Source of the DNA: a virus
Taxonomy: Duplodnaviria; Caudoviricetes
IMG/VR virus record: IMGVR_UViG_3300030395_000058
Location: 1-25,982 of that record
DNA: 25,982 nucleotides
Direction: 5' to 3' (one strand)
The notes below the pieces were generated by a model that worked only from the letters and a program-made list of their open reading frames with translations, was not told where the DNA came from and did not search any database. Numbering within the stretch: position 1 is the first letter of the stretch; each line of letters opens with the position of its first letter. A program made the position numbers and the translations under genes. Shown in pieces: positions 1-14,434 of the stretch.

Positions 1-120
1 CTCAGTAGCATGAAGGGGACATGGATCATAATCAAAATCAAATTCATCATTTAGAATCTCATATAATTTAGGTGGGGTTTCCCAATGATCTGAATGTTCT
101 AATGCTCTTATTTTTGGCAT
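1..120 (-). CDS. Phage DNA N6-adenine methyltransferase (Dam-like), 5' part only; continues beyond window start
   Basis: Manual translation from ATG at 120: MPKIRALEHSDHWETPPKLYEILNDEFDFDYDPCPLHATE. The W-x-TP...L..EF.F..DPC pattern is the typical N-terminus of phage Dam-family methylases. The catalytic NPPY motif lies outside the window. Confidence 0.72.
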   Translation of the reverse strand, partial: MPKIRALEHSDHWETPPKLYEILNDEFDFDYDPCPLHATE

Positions 121-191
121 AGCAATATTCTACATGACAGATCGGAATATATAAACTGGAATTACTAGATGTTTTTTATTTTGACTAGATA

Positions 192-220
192 TTGTGCTAA
201 TCTAGGTCATGGGATACTAT
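192..220 (+). promoter_or_regulatory. Possible sigma70-like promoter for head genes
   Basis: TTGTGC (192-197), 17-nt spacer, TACTAT (215-220) in the divergent intergenic gap. The region is AT-rich, so the match is weak. Confidence 0.3.
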
Positions 221-288
221 ATATGCAATGAGTGTCTATTGACAAACAGGATATAAGTAGTTATGGACCAAAAAATATGGGAGACATG

Positions 289-1209
289 ATGGAATCTTTT
301 AATGAAGAAAAATCAGCTGCCCTAGCCAGTGAGCAAAATCATTACGAAGATTCTAAAGAGAATTGCAGCAAAGAAGAAATAAGAAGAGATGTATTCTCTA
401 CTGCAGACGAAGCAAGAGAGAGAGCGGAAGAAATAGGTTGTGAGGGTATTCACTCTCATTCAGAAGATGGGCAAGAGATCTTCATGCCCTGCTCAACACA
501 TGATGAATATGTAGAAGCTACAGGAGAAGATGTGAAAGCAGATTCAGAGTTCCTAGAGTTTAAGTCCAGTATTAAAGCCTATGATGATGAAGAAGAAGAT
601 AAAGACTACGGCAGTTTTGAAGGATACGGATCTGTATTCGGCAACAAAGATCTTGGTAATGATGTAATAGAAACAGGAGCTTTTGCCAAATCCCTAAAAA
701 GAAAAAAACCTCATAATGTAAAACTCTTATATCAACACAAAACAGATATGCCAATCGGTGTATTTGACGAAATCAAAGAAGATGATCACGGCTTATATGT
801 AAAAGGTAGACTTGCTTTAAAAACACAAGCAGGTCAAGAAGCATACGAGCTAATGAAAATGGGTGCACTTGATGGTCTAAGTATTGGATTCAGAGTGAAC
901 CCTGAACAAGTTTCTTACGATAAACGCAACAGAAGGCGTTATATCAAAGAAGTAGATCTAATGGAAATATCCTTAGTGACCTTCCCTATGAACCCGAAGG
1001 CAACTATCAGGTCAGTGAAGGCTAAGGAAATGACCATCAGAGAGTGGGAAAATGGACTGCGAGACGCTTTCAATCTATCCCGTTCAGAAGCGAAGGTTGC
1101 TGCAGCTGCAGTGACAAAATCATTTGACGATTCTCAGCGAGAGGTTGAGACCGCAAATGCTGAATTGGTAGAAGCCATAACAAACTTAACTAAAACCTTA
1201 AAATCATAA
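289..1209 (+). CDS. HK97-family prohead (capsid maturation) protease with N-terminal Cys/His extension
   Basis: Motifs FEGYGSVFGNKD, LLYQH (catalytic His), DGLSIGF (catalytic Ser) and EISLVTFPMN. Lies directly upstream of the capsid gene. ATG 289 follows GGGAG; alternative starts are 232, 277 and 286. Confidence 0.93.
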   Translation: MESFNEEKSAALASEQNHYEDSKENCSKEEIRRDVFSTADEARERAEEIGCEGIHSHSEDGQEIFMPCSTHDEYVEATGEDVKADSEFLEFKSSIKAYDDEEEDKDYGSFEGYGSVFGNKDLGNDVIETGAFAKSLKRKKPHNVKLLYQHKTDMPIGVFDEIKEDDHGLYVKGRLALKTQAGQEAYELMKMGALDGLSIGFRVNPEQVSYDKRNRRRYIKEVDLMEISLVTFPMNPKATIRSVKAKEMTIREWENGLRDAFNLSRSEAKVAAAAVTKSFDDSQREVETANAELVEAITNLTKTLKS

Positions 1210-1221
1210 CAGGAGTATATT

Positions 1222-2439
1222 ATGTCGGAAGATGTAAAAACTGCTATCAATGAAATGGGCAAAACCTTTGAAGAATTTAAAAAGGTAAATGACCAAAGAC
1301 TTGAAGCGATTGAAAAAGGTGAAAGCGTTGCTGACTTAGATGAGAAGATGTCTAAGATTGAGTCCAAACTAGACTCTCTTGAAGAAGTAAATCAAAAACT
1401 AAGCCTAGCAGAGCAATCATCTAATGAGGTCAAGGAGCAAGTAGAGAAATTAGAGACAGTCATTAAAAGACCTAACTCAGGTTTCTCAACTAAGCAAGTT
1501 GACGAATATATGGGTGCTTTTGACAAATATTGCAGAAAGGGTATTGAATCTCTTGACGCAATGGAACGCAAAGCACTTACAGTAAGCAATGATTCTACTG
1601 GTGGTTATTTAGCACCGCCTGAGTATGTCAGAGAGCTGTTAAAAACAGTGACTGAGATCTCACCAATTAGATCTATTGCTAGAGTAAGATCAACTGGACA
1701 AAGATCTATTCAGATTCCTAAAAGGACTGGACAGTTTGCTGCTCAGTGGGTTTCAGAAAGTGGAACAAGATCAGAAACAAGTGGTTATCAAGTAGGACTT
1801 GAAGAGCTACCTGCACATGAGCACTACGCTCTAGTAGATATCTCTGAGCAAGACTTAGAAGATACAGTGTTTGATCTTGAAGCTGAAATGCAATCAGAGT
1901 TCAGTGAGCAATTTGCTAAAGCTGAAGGTGCTGCATTTGTAAGCGGTAATGGTGTTGGTAAGCCTGAAGGCTTCATGTCTAACAGCAGTGTTGGCGAAGT
2001 AGTATCAGGAAGCGGAACAGCAATTACAGCTGACAGCTTAATTTCATTGGTGCACAACATTAAATCTGAATATGGCAAAAATGGTGTATTTGTATTCAAC
2101 AGATCAACATTGGCAGCTATCAGAAAGTTAAAAGATACTGCAGGTCAGTATGTGTTCCAAGCAGGTATGAGCCTACAAGGTGGTGCTACAAACACTATCT
2201 TAGGTTATCCATATATTGAAGCTAGTGACATGCCTTCAGTTGGTGCGGGTGCTTATCCCGTTGCTTTCGGAGACTTCTCAAGAGCTTATATGATTGTGGA
2301 TAGAGTAGCGTTAGCGGTTCTAAGAGATCCATTCACACAAGCTACAACTGGTAATGTTAGATACATTGCAAGGCGTAGAGTTGGTGGTCAAGTGGTTCAA
2401 GCTGAAGCGATTAACAAATTAAAAATAGCAGCTAGTTAA
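1222..2439 (+). CDS. Major capsid protein, HK97 fold, with N-terminal coiled-coil delta (scaffold) domain
   Basis: 405 aa with an ~115-aa heptad-rich N-terminus. Motifs GGYLAPPE, AQWVSE, FVSGNGVGKPEG, IRKLKDTAGQYVF, FGDFSRAY, LRDPF and RRVGG. AGGAG RBS. Confidence 0.96.
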   Translation: MSEDVKTAINEMGKTFEEFKKVNDQRLEAIEKGESVADLDEKMSKIESKLDSLEEVNQKLSLAEQSSNEVKEQVEKLETVIKRPNSGFSTKQVDEYMGAFDKYCRKGIESLDAMERKALTVSNDSTGGYLAPPEYVRELLKTVTEISPIRSIARVRSTGQRSIQIPKRTGQFAAQWVSESGTRSETSGYQVGLEELPAHEHYALVDISEQDLEDTVFDLEAEMQSEFSEQFAKAEGAAFVSGNGVGKPEGFMSNSSVGEVVSGSGTAITADSLISLVHNIKSEYGKNGVFVFNRSTLAAIRKLKDTAGQYVFQAGMSLQGGATNTILGYPYIEASDMPSVGAGAYPVAFGDFSRAYMIVDRVALAVLRDPFTQATTGNVRYIARRRVGGQVVQAEAINKLKIAAS

Positions 2440-2451
2440 TAGGAGTAAGTA

Positions 2452-2874
2452 ATGCAAGATTTAAGTAATAACATCAAATTAATGCAATCTTTAGCTCCTG
2501 CTGTCCGTGACGCAGACGCTAACGGAGACGGAGTTGATATCCAAGGCTACGAAAATGTGGCTATTGTTGTTGACTCAGGCGTTGAAGGTATCACATTAAG
2601 TGGCACAAACAAGATTGAGTTTGAATTAGAGCACTCTGATGATAACTCTTCTTGGAGTGACGCAGAATCTGCTGATGTAAACGGATCACTTGGTTCAGGT
2701 GGTTTGTTCTTAACATTAGACGATAATGCCGAATCTCCGCAGATCTCAGAAATTGAATATTTAGGTTCAAAGAGATATGTGAGAGTTGTTGCTAACTTTA
2801 GTGGCACACACGGAACAGGAACACCTTGTTCAGCATTTGTAATTCTTGGTAAGCCAAGACACGCACCTGCTTAA
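2452..2874 (+). CDS. Putative capsid decoration/cement protein
   Basis: 140-aa beta-rich protein (LEHSDD...YLGSKRYVRV) directly after the capsid gene, with a strong RBS and upstream of the hairpin at 2893. Function is inferred from position. Confidence 0.55.
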   Translation: MQDLSNNIKLMQSLAPAVRDADANGDGVDIQGYENVAIVVDSGVEGITLSGTNKIEFELEHSDDNSSWSDAESADVNGSLGSGGLFLTLDDNAESPQISEIEYLGSKRYVRVVANFSGTHGTGTPCSAFVILGKPRHAPA

Positions 2875-2892
2875 TAGGAGTTGTATTGTTTA

Positions 2893-2920
2893 GAGGGGTG
2901 GTAAAACACCCCTCACTTTA
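2893..2920 (+). terminator. Stem-loop (terminator/attenuator) after capsid and decoration genes
   Basis: Perfect 8-bp stem GAGGGGTG (2893-2900), loop GTAAAA, CACCCCTC (2907-2914), then only ACTTT. The weak U-tract suggests partial read-through. Confidence 0.6.
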
Positions 2921-2933
2921 AAAAGGAATAATT

Positions 2934-3287
2934 ATGAGTAGAAAGTTTAAAATCATAGTCCCAAAACCCGCAGCAAGTAATGAGCTTGGAACAGAGATAG
3001 AGCTTCTCAAAGCAGACGAAATTGTAGAGTCTAAAGGTAAATGGCATGACTCAATCCTAGATCAATTTGTTGAGAATGGTTGGGCAATGGAAGTCAAAGT
3101 AGATTCTGCAGATGAAGTTGTAGAAGTTGAAGCTGAGATCAAAAGAGCAAGAAATGAAGATGGAACTTTAAAAGGTGATGACCCTGAAACTCCTGATGTG
3201 AATGAAGCATGGGAAGGTGGGAAAGCACCAGTGAAGAAAGCTGCAAAGAAGAAAACTACTAAAAGAACTACTAAGAAAAAAGCATAA
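2934..3287 (+). CDS. Hypothetical head-region protein with RARN..G...DDP.TP..NEAW motif and Lys-rich tail
   Basis: 117 aa, AAGGA RBS, acidic core and basic C-terminus KKAAKKKTTKRTTKKKA. Confidence 0.75.
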   Translation: MSRKFKIIVPKPAASNELGTEIELLKADEIVESKGKWHDSILDQFVENGWAMEVKVDSADEVVEVEAEIKRARNEDGTLKGDDPETPDVNEAWEGGKAPVKKAAKKKTTKRTTKKKA

Positions 3288-3299
3288 GAGCACTTTTCT

Positions 3300-3308
3300 T
3301 GGTATGAT
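3300..3308 (+). promoter_or_regulatory. Candidate extended -10 promoter (TGgTATGAT) upstream of the fibre cassette
   Basis: TGnTAnnAT in the intergenic gap 3288-3369. Similar elements occur at 11390, 14417 and 16625. Confidence 0.4.
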
Positions 3309-3369
3309 TAAAATAGCAGAAGCTAGAGTTTAGAAATGGTAGACACCATGCGATTTATAGGATTATTTT

Positions 3370-3719
3370 ATGGCAGCAGGTTATCATCATTTCATATTAG
3401 AGCAAGGAGCTACTTTTAGGCAGATTCTGACCTTAAAGGACAGCTCAGGTAATCTTATAAATCTTACTGGATATCCATCAGCAGAGATGGATCTCAGACG
3501 AAATCAAGACGATTCCTCAGAAGTAATCACCCTTACAACTGCAAATAGCAGAATAACATTAGGTGGTTCGGCAGGAACAATAACACTAGAAATATCCGCA
3601 ACAGACACCGCAGCTCTTACAGTTGGTGATGGTGTCTATGATCTTGAGCTTGTAGACAGCTCAAACAGAACTCTAAGGATCATGGAAGGGACATATTCTA
3701 TTAGAGGAAATGTAAGCAG

Positions 3720-3723
<4 letters not shown>
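3370..3723 (+). CDS. Small beta-sandwich virion protein, probable fibre base/adaptor
   Basis: EQGATF...INLTGY...[15 protein letters not shown]...GVYDLEL...RIMEG pattern, as seen in small phage proteins preceding fibre genes. ATGA overlap with the collagen gene. Confidence 0.6.
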
Positions 3724-9715
<5,992 letters not shown>

Positions 9716-9716
<1 letters not shown>

Positions 9717-10486
9717 TGGCGTATCATTCCAAATGGATTTATGAGTCCGATCTGCAAGAGCTTTTTGAGAACGGACAGTTTGAACAGGTGTTTCAAGGTA
9801 GTGAAAAGCATATAGCTTTAAATAACTATCAGTATCCAAAACTACCTAGCGGAGAAGAATTAGACTACCAAGGCAGACTATCTCACTGGGCACAAAAATT
9901 TATGGGTCATTTAAACGCTGATTTTCTAGGAGAAAGAATAGCAAAGACCGCATGTTGCATGGAAGATGGGAAAATACTATCACTCACCAATGGCTTTTAT
10001 GAACCATCTACTAAAATTTGGCATGTTTCTTCAACATTAGTTGACTATGACAAGAATGGCAAAAAGACTTTCAGTTATATAAAAGAATATTCAGAAGTCT
10101 ATATGGGATTGCCAAGATCATTAGGAGCAGAGCATGTTTGGCATTATGCGGAGCTAGGGTCTTTGTATCAATTTAGGACCGAAGCTGATGACGCACAAAA
10201 TGCTAGGAGACCACATAAGTATGCAGATAAAGGTCATATTGTTGATCTGTATGGTGTGACAAGTAATGTAGAAACTATAGATTATAGTGTTGAGCTGCCA
10301 GTTTCACGCAAAGAGGACATAGAACCTCATGCAGATGGAACAGTAGCAGAGCATGATGAACCTGCTATAACAATGCAAAGCTACACTGCTGATCTACACA
10401 TAACTAAAATACCATTCAATCCCTCATTTGATTGGACAACTATAGTATATGAGGGGACAAATAATAGGAGAATAGAAAGTGAGTAA
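9716..10486 (+). CDS. Hypothetical protein in fibre cassette
   Basis: 256 aa; TAATG overlap with the collagen stop. Globular aromatic/His-rich composition; no family recognised. Confidence 0.75.
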
Positions 10487-11381
10487 ATTAGATAATTCAC
10501 CAAGTTTAGATGGTGTAAGAGATGTTATGTATCCAACATCTTCTACCACCGCAAATATTACATCAGGCAGCACTGAAACTAATGTGAAACTAGGTGCTGA
10601 TAAAACAAGATTCCGTATGCCGATACATGGCGGTAGTGTTTTATCAAGTGGCACTGCAGTCCCTTCTAGGTATCCGTGGAGTTTTGATTCTACTACTAGC
10701 TCATACAACAGAAACAATTTTTTCCCTCATAGAGCCAATGACGCTGTTCAAATGGCGGACTTAAGATATAGTTTTAGAATGTTAGGTGATCAAAAATCTT
10801 ATACAAGCACATCAACAAAATCTTCAACTACTAGGACTTTTAATGGGTGGTGCACACTTGGTGCAATGCAGGCTATTTCACAAAGCACATCAACAAGCAG
10901 AACAGCACAAGGCAGAGGAGTATCAAACGGAGATAACTCTTATACAACTTCTGCAATGCCATTTGATACTATCAATTCTAACCATGATGGCAACAAGTGG
11001 ATTTCAGGTTTAATAAGTAAACAAGAAGGAGATATTTTTAGTGGTATAGAATATGACACTTATGTAGTTTTTGAAGGTTCAGGTGCTTCAACGAGTGACA
11101 ATGACTGGAATACTATTGTTGCTAGAGTATTTGATGATTCAACAGGAGTTTTCAATATGTCTAATGGAACAAGTCCTATGCAACCTACTCAGCGTTGGCA
11201 CTCAGGTGGTTCTGCAATGGCTACAACTGATTTTGATTTACATAGATCTGACGCTACTGTTTATACTTATGGTGGGCGTGTGGTTTATAACTGGTCAACA
11301 TTCTTTTTCACTAGCATAGGTCAACAAGGATCTAATCCAATATCTTCTACAGGAACAGGAATGATAGTAAAGTTTTTCTAA
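10479..11381 (+). CDS. Ser/Thr/Gly-rich virion protein, possible fibre-tip adhesin
   Basis: 300 aa, GTG start overlapping the previous gene. Composition is typical of virion beta-proteins, and it lies downstream of an S74-bearing fibre. Function is inferred. Confidence 0.55.
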   Translation: MSKLDNSPSLDGVRDVMYPTSSTTANITSGSTETNVKLGADKTRFRMPIHGGSVLSSGTAVPSRYPWSFDSTTSSYNRNNFFPHRANDAVQMADLRYSFRMLGDQKSYTSTSTKSSTTRTFNGWCTLGAMQAISQSTSTSRTAQGRGVSNGDNSYTTSAMPFDTINSNHDGNKWISGLISKQEGDIFSGIEYDTYVVFEGSGASTSDNDWNTIVARVFDDSTGVFNMSNGTSPMQPTQRWHSGGSAMATTDFDLHRSDATVYTYGGRVVYNWSTFFFTSIGQQGSNPISSTGTGMIVKFF

Positions 11382-11389
11382 ATTAAGTA

Positions 11390-11398
11390 TGCTATTAT
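11390..11398 (+). promoter_or_regulatory. Candidate extended -10 promoter (TGcTATTAT) upstream of the enzyme trio
   Basis: Lies in the short gap between 11381 and the RBS AGGAG at 11420-11424. Confidence 0.4.
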
Positions 11399-11428
11399 GG
11401 AATGACGAAGCCAAATGGCAGGAGCATT

Positions 11429-11998
11429 ATGAATAGTCAATTTTATATGTGGGAAGGAGATCTTTCTGAAGATGAAGTAAATAGTATAATAACAGAGTGT
11501 GAATACTATAAATTAGAAGAAGCTGCTGTAGGTTATGGACCTGAAGGACGACTTAATACAACAGTCAGAAGCAGTGAAGTAAGATGGATCAATCAAGAAG
11601 ATCCTAACTCAAGATTCATTGCCAATTTAGTTTGGAATTATACGCTACAAGCGAACAGATACGCTTTTGGTGTAGATATGAGACAGATTGGTGATATTCA
11701 ATACACAACATATAACGCTGCAAATGAAGGACATTATGATTGGCATATTGATACTTTCATTGGCAACTCTTCAGCGTCAGATAGAAAGTTAAGCGTCACA
11801 ATACAGCTCTCAGACAGTGATGATTATGAGGGCGGTGATTTTATCTTAGACACTAACCAAAAACCACCTAGAGAATCTCTTAGAAAAAAAGGCACTGTCC
11901 TAGTGTTTCCATCATTTATGCGACATAAAGTAGAGCCAGTCACAAAAGGCATTAGGAAAAGCCTTGTTGCATGGATTGAAGGACCACATTGGAGATGA
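11429..11998 (+). CDS. 2OG-Fe(II) dioxygenase (prolyl-hydroxylase-like/PKHD type)
   Basis: HYDWHID (HxD), RKLSVTIQLS..DYEGG, and FPSFMRHKVEPVTKGIRKSLVAW (distal His, 2OG-binding Arg). ATG 11429 follows AGGAG; the ORF track start is 11402. Confidence 0.92.
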   Translation: MNSQFYMWEGDLSEDEVNSIITECEYYKLEEAAVGYGPEGRLNTTVRSSEVRWINQEDPNSRFIANLVWNYTLQANRYAFGVDMRQIGDIQYTTYNAANEGHYDWHIDTFIGNSSASDRKLSVTIQLSDSDDYEGGDFILDTNQKPPRESLRKKGTVLVFPSFMRHKVEPVTKGIRKSLVAWIEGPHWR

Positions 11999-12582
11999 AG
12001 TATTTTATAGAAATAGGATCTTGTGATTTTGACACCAACATAGATCTTATATCATCAGGTAATTGGCAGGGGGTTATGTGTGAACCTGCAGAGCTCTACC
12101 GCAATAATTTAGAGACATTGGTCAAAGATAATCCTTACAGATCCCATTTAGAAATTTTGCCCTATGCAATCAGTGATTTTGATGGAGAAATACTATTTGG
12201 AGAAGCTCAGGACAGCTCAGAAGGCTCTAGGAGCTTAGGTTCATGGCGTAGAGGTATCTCAAGTATCCTTGAAGAAAATCACAAGGGAGAACGCTTATTT
12301 GACCTTGCTAACAACAGACAGTTTCTTGCAAAAGAATACAAAGTTCCTTGTTGGACTCTTGATACTTTGATCAAGTTTGTAGGCTACGAACAGATAGATT
12401 ATCTCAAGATAGACACGGAAGGACATGAGATGAATATTCTTGAGAACTATTCTTGGGACATAAAGCCATGTCTAATTAAACTTGAGCACTCTCATATAGA
12501 CGATTTGTATGCAAAGAACTTCTTAGAAGCTCTAGGTTATATGGTCTATGTAGAGCAGTCAGACATATATGCAATAAGATGA
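11995..12582 (+). CDS. FkbM-family SAM-dependent methyltransferase
   Basis: FIEIGSCD, GVMCEP, PYAISDFDG, TLDTLI...IDYLKIDTEGHEMNIL. ATGA overlaps at both ends. Confidence 0.88.
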   Translation: MKYFIEIGSCDFDTNIDLISSGNWQGVMCEPAELYRNNLETLVKDNPYRSHLEILPYAISDFDGEILFGEAQDSSEGSRSLGSWRRGISSILEENHKGERLFDLANNRQFLAKEYKVPCWTLDTLIKFVGYEQIDYLKIDTEGHEMNILENYSWDIKPCLIKLEHSHIDDLYAKNFLEALGYMVYVEQSDIYAIR

Positions 12583-14429
12583 AAAAACTTGTTATATCCC
12601 TTCTCAGGAGACCTGATAGAAAACGAGAGTTCCAAAAAAATAATCTTGTTGATTATGAATACATCAAAGCATTTGACGGCAGCAACGAAATATTCAGACA
12701 TTGCAAAGGTAGAGATGGGTGGTTAGAGCCATTCAAAAAAAGACCGCTTTTGCAAAATGAAGTAGCTTGTTTCTTATCACACATCAAAGCATGGGAAAAA
12801 GTTGTAGAGCTCAATGAGCCATGTATTGTCATGGAAGATGACGCAATCATCAATGACACTTGGGACGAAGATCTATATGAATCATTCAAATATGATTTTG
12901 TATATCTACAAAGGAATGAGAATGAGCCAAATCTTGTAAGTCCTGCTGATCACGAAAAATTAGAGATCCCCTCTTATCCTTACAATATGACAGCATATAA
13001 GTTGACTCCTTTTGCAGCTAAATATCTCTTAAGCCAAGTCAACTATGAGGACATGATACCAGTAGATGAGTTTCTACCTGAGATCCTTAACAAACATTTT
13101 TTGAGAATTGCAGCTCTTAAAATTGACGCATGTAATCAACTGCCTAGGGAAATGGGTGACATAGAGCAGAGTAAACCTTTTAGAAACTACAAGATCCATG
13201 CCATGACTTGTGGAACAGATCGGAAAAAGTGCGAAAAACTAAACACCAGTGCAAAGCTGCATGGCGTAGAGATAGAGAACATAGGAACAAATGTAGTTTG
13301 GAAAGGAACAGATATGAGCTTCATGGGCGGTGGCATGAAGATCAATCTAATGAAAAAGCGTCTTGAGACTATGTATGAAGATGACATAGTTGTTTTTACT
13401 GACGCTTATGATGTTTTTTATGCAGATAATCTTGACACAATTCTTGAAAGATATGAGGACTTTGGTAAGCAGATAGTCTTTAGCGGTGAGCTTTACTGTT
13501 ATCCTGATAGCTCTTTAGCAGAGCAATTTCCTGCAGCTCCAACAGAGTTTAAATATATCAACAGCGGAACTTATGTTGGTAGAGTCTCAGAACTAAAAAA
13601 ACTATTTAACAATTATGAAATAGCAGATGATGATGATGATCAGCTGTATGTCCATAAATGCTTTCTAACGGGTTTTTTTGATATAGCTATAGATTATGAG
13701 TGCTACATATTTCAAACGAACTACAACGCAACTCAGAAGCTAGGAGAGCAACTTAATAACCCTGACACCCAATGTTGTCCATGTATCTATCATGGAAACG
13801 GGGGAGAAAGTGCAGCTCCAAAGTTTGAGTCTCTTTACAACGAGTTCTACCCCAAAACATCAGCAATGTTTATACCGCACTATAACAGAGTCAAATATTT
13901 GACAGATGACATGATTGTAGTTCCGTTTATGACTCAGACGCAGTGTGAAGATCTCATTGATATAGCTGACAAACATGGTGGGTGGGACTCTTTAGGCTAT
14001 GACAAGTTCCCTGCAAAAGAGATTAGATTAAGGCAAATGGATTCCGATCTGCAGACGGATTTGTTCATAAAATTAGATAAACATTGGGAAGAACATATTG
14101 TTCCTCTTGTTGAGAGCTATTGGAAACCTCTTCAAATGTATGGCTTAAGAGACGCATTTGTAATGAGATATTCTATGGATACTCAAATAAAATTAGCCTT
14201 ACACCATGACGCTTCTTTGGTGACTGGATCAGTAAAACTAAATGATGATTATGAAGGTGCTGATCTTTTATACCCAAGACAAGGCATTAGCAATAGAGAT
14301 ATTCCAGTAGGAAATATTCTTTTATTTGCAGGTGCAGTGACACATGGTCACGAATGTCTGCCTTTAAAAGCAGGAGTTAAGTATAGCTTGACAATATGGT
14401 CATGCAGATATATCGGTGATACAATCTAG
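12579..14429 (+). CDS. Trifunctional GT25 glycosyltransferase / PLOD-type glycosyltransferase / lysyl hydroxylase-like dioxygenase
   Basis: aa 1-~195 GT25: VISLLRRPDR, AFDG, EVACFLSH, MEDDA, PVDEFL. aa ~203-410 PLOD GT domain: WKGTDM..GGGMKI, FTDAYDV, FSGELYCYP, YINSG, DDDDDQLY, IFQ, HGNG. aa ~440-616 LH domain: FVMRY...Q..L.LHHDAS, LNDDYEG, THGHECLP (H542-D544-H591). Confidence 0.9.
   Translation: MKKLVISLLRRPDRKREFQKNNLVDYEYIKAFDGSNEIFRHCKGRDGWLEPFKKRPLLQNEVACFLSHIKAWEKVVELNEPCIVMEDDAIINDTWDEDLYESFKYDFVYLQRNENEPNLVSPADHEKLEIPSYPYNMTAYKLTPFAAKYLLSQVNYEDMIPVDEFLPEILNKHFLRIAALKIDACNQLPREMGDIEQSKPFRNYKIHAMTCGTDRKKCEKLNTSAKLHGVEIENIGTNVVWKGTDMSFMGGGMKINLMKKRLETMYEDDIVVFTDAYDVFYADNLDTILERYEDFGKQIVFSGELYCYPDSSLAEQFPAAPTEFKYINSGTYVGRVSELKKLFNNYEIADDDDDQLYVHKCFLTGFFDIAIDYECYIFQTNYNATQKLGEQLNNPDTQCCPCIYHGNGGESAAPKFESLYNEFYPKTSAMFIPHYNRVKYLTDDMIVVPFMTQTQCEDLIDIADKHGGWDSLGYDKFPAKEIRLRQMDSDLQTDLFIKLDKHWEEHIVPLVESYWKPLQMYGLRDAFVMRYSMDTQIKLALHHDASLVTGSVKLNDDYEGADLLYPRQGISNRDIPVGNILLFAGAVTHGHECLPLKAGVKYSLTIWSCRYIGDTI
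14417..14425 (+). promoter_or_regulatory. Candidate extended -10 promoter (TGaTACAAT) at end of the enzyme cassette
   Basis: In the last codons of the PLOD-like gene, 10 nt before ATG 14435, which has no obvious RBS and may be near-leaderless. Confidence 0.35.
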
Positions 14430-14434
14430 TGAAT

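Noticed and set aside
572-2807. Minus-strand ORFs overlapping protease, capsid and decoration genes (similarly 12653-13387, 16044-16325, 18041-20440, 21780-25460)
   Set aside because: Antisense to well-supported genes, with no recognisable motifs.
11429-14429. Enzyme trio as a DNA hypermodification system
   Set aside because: Motifs match PLOD/GT25 protein- and glycan-acting families rather than TET/JBP or DNA glucosyltransferases, and the genes sit in the virion module beside a collagen. Not excluded experimentally.
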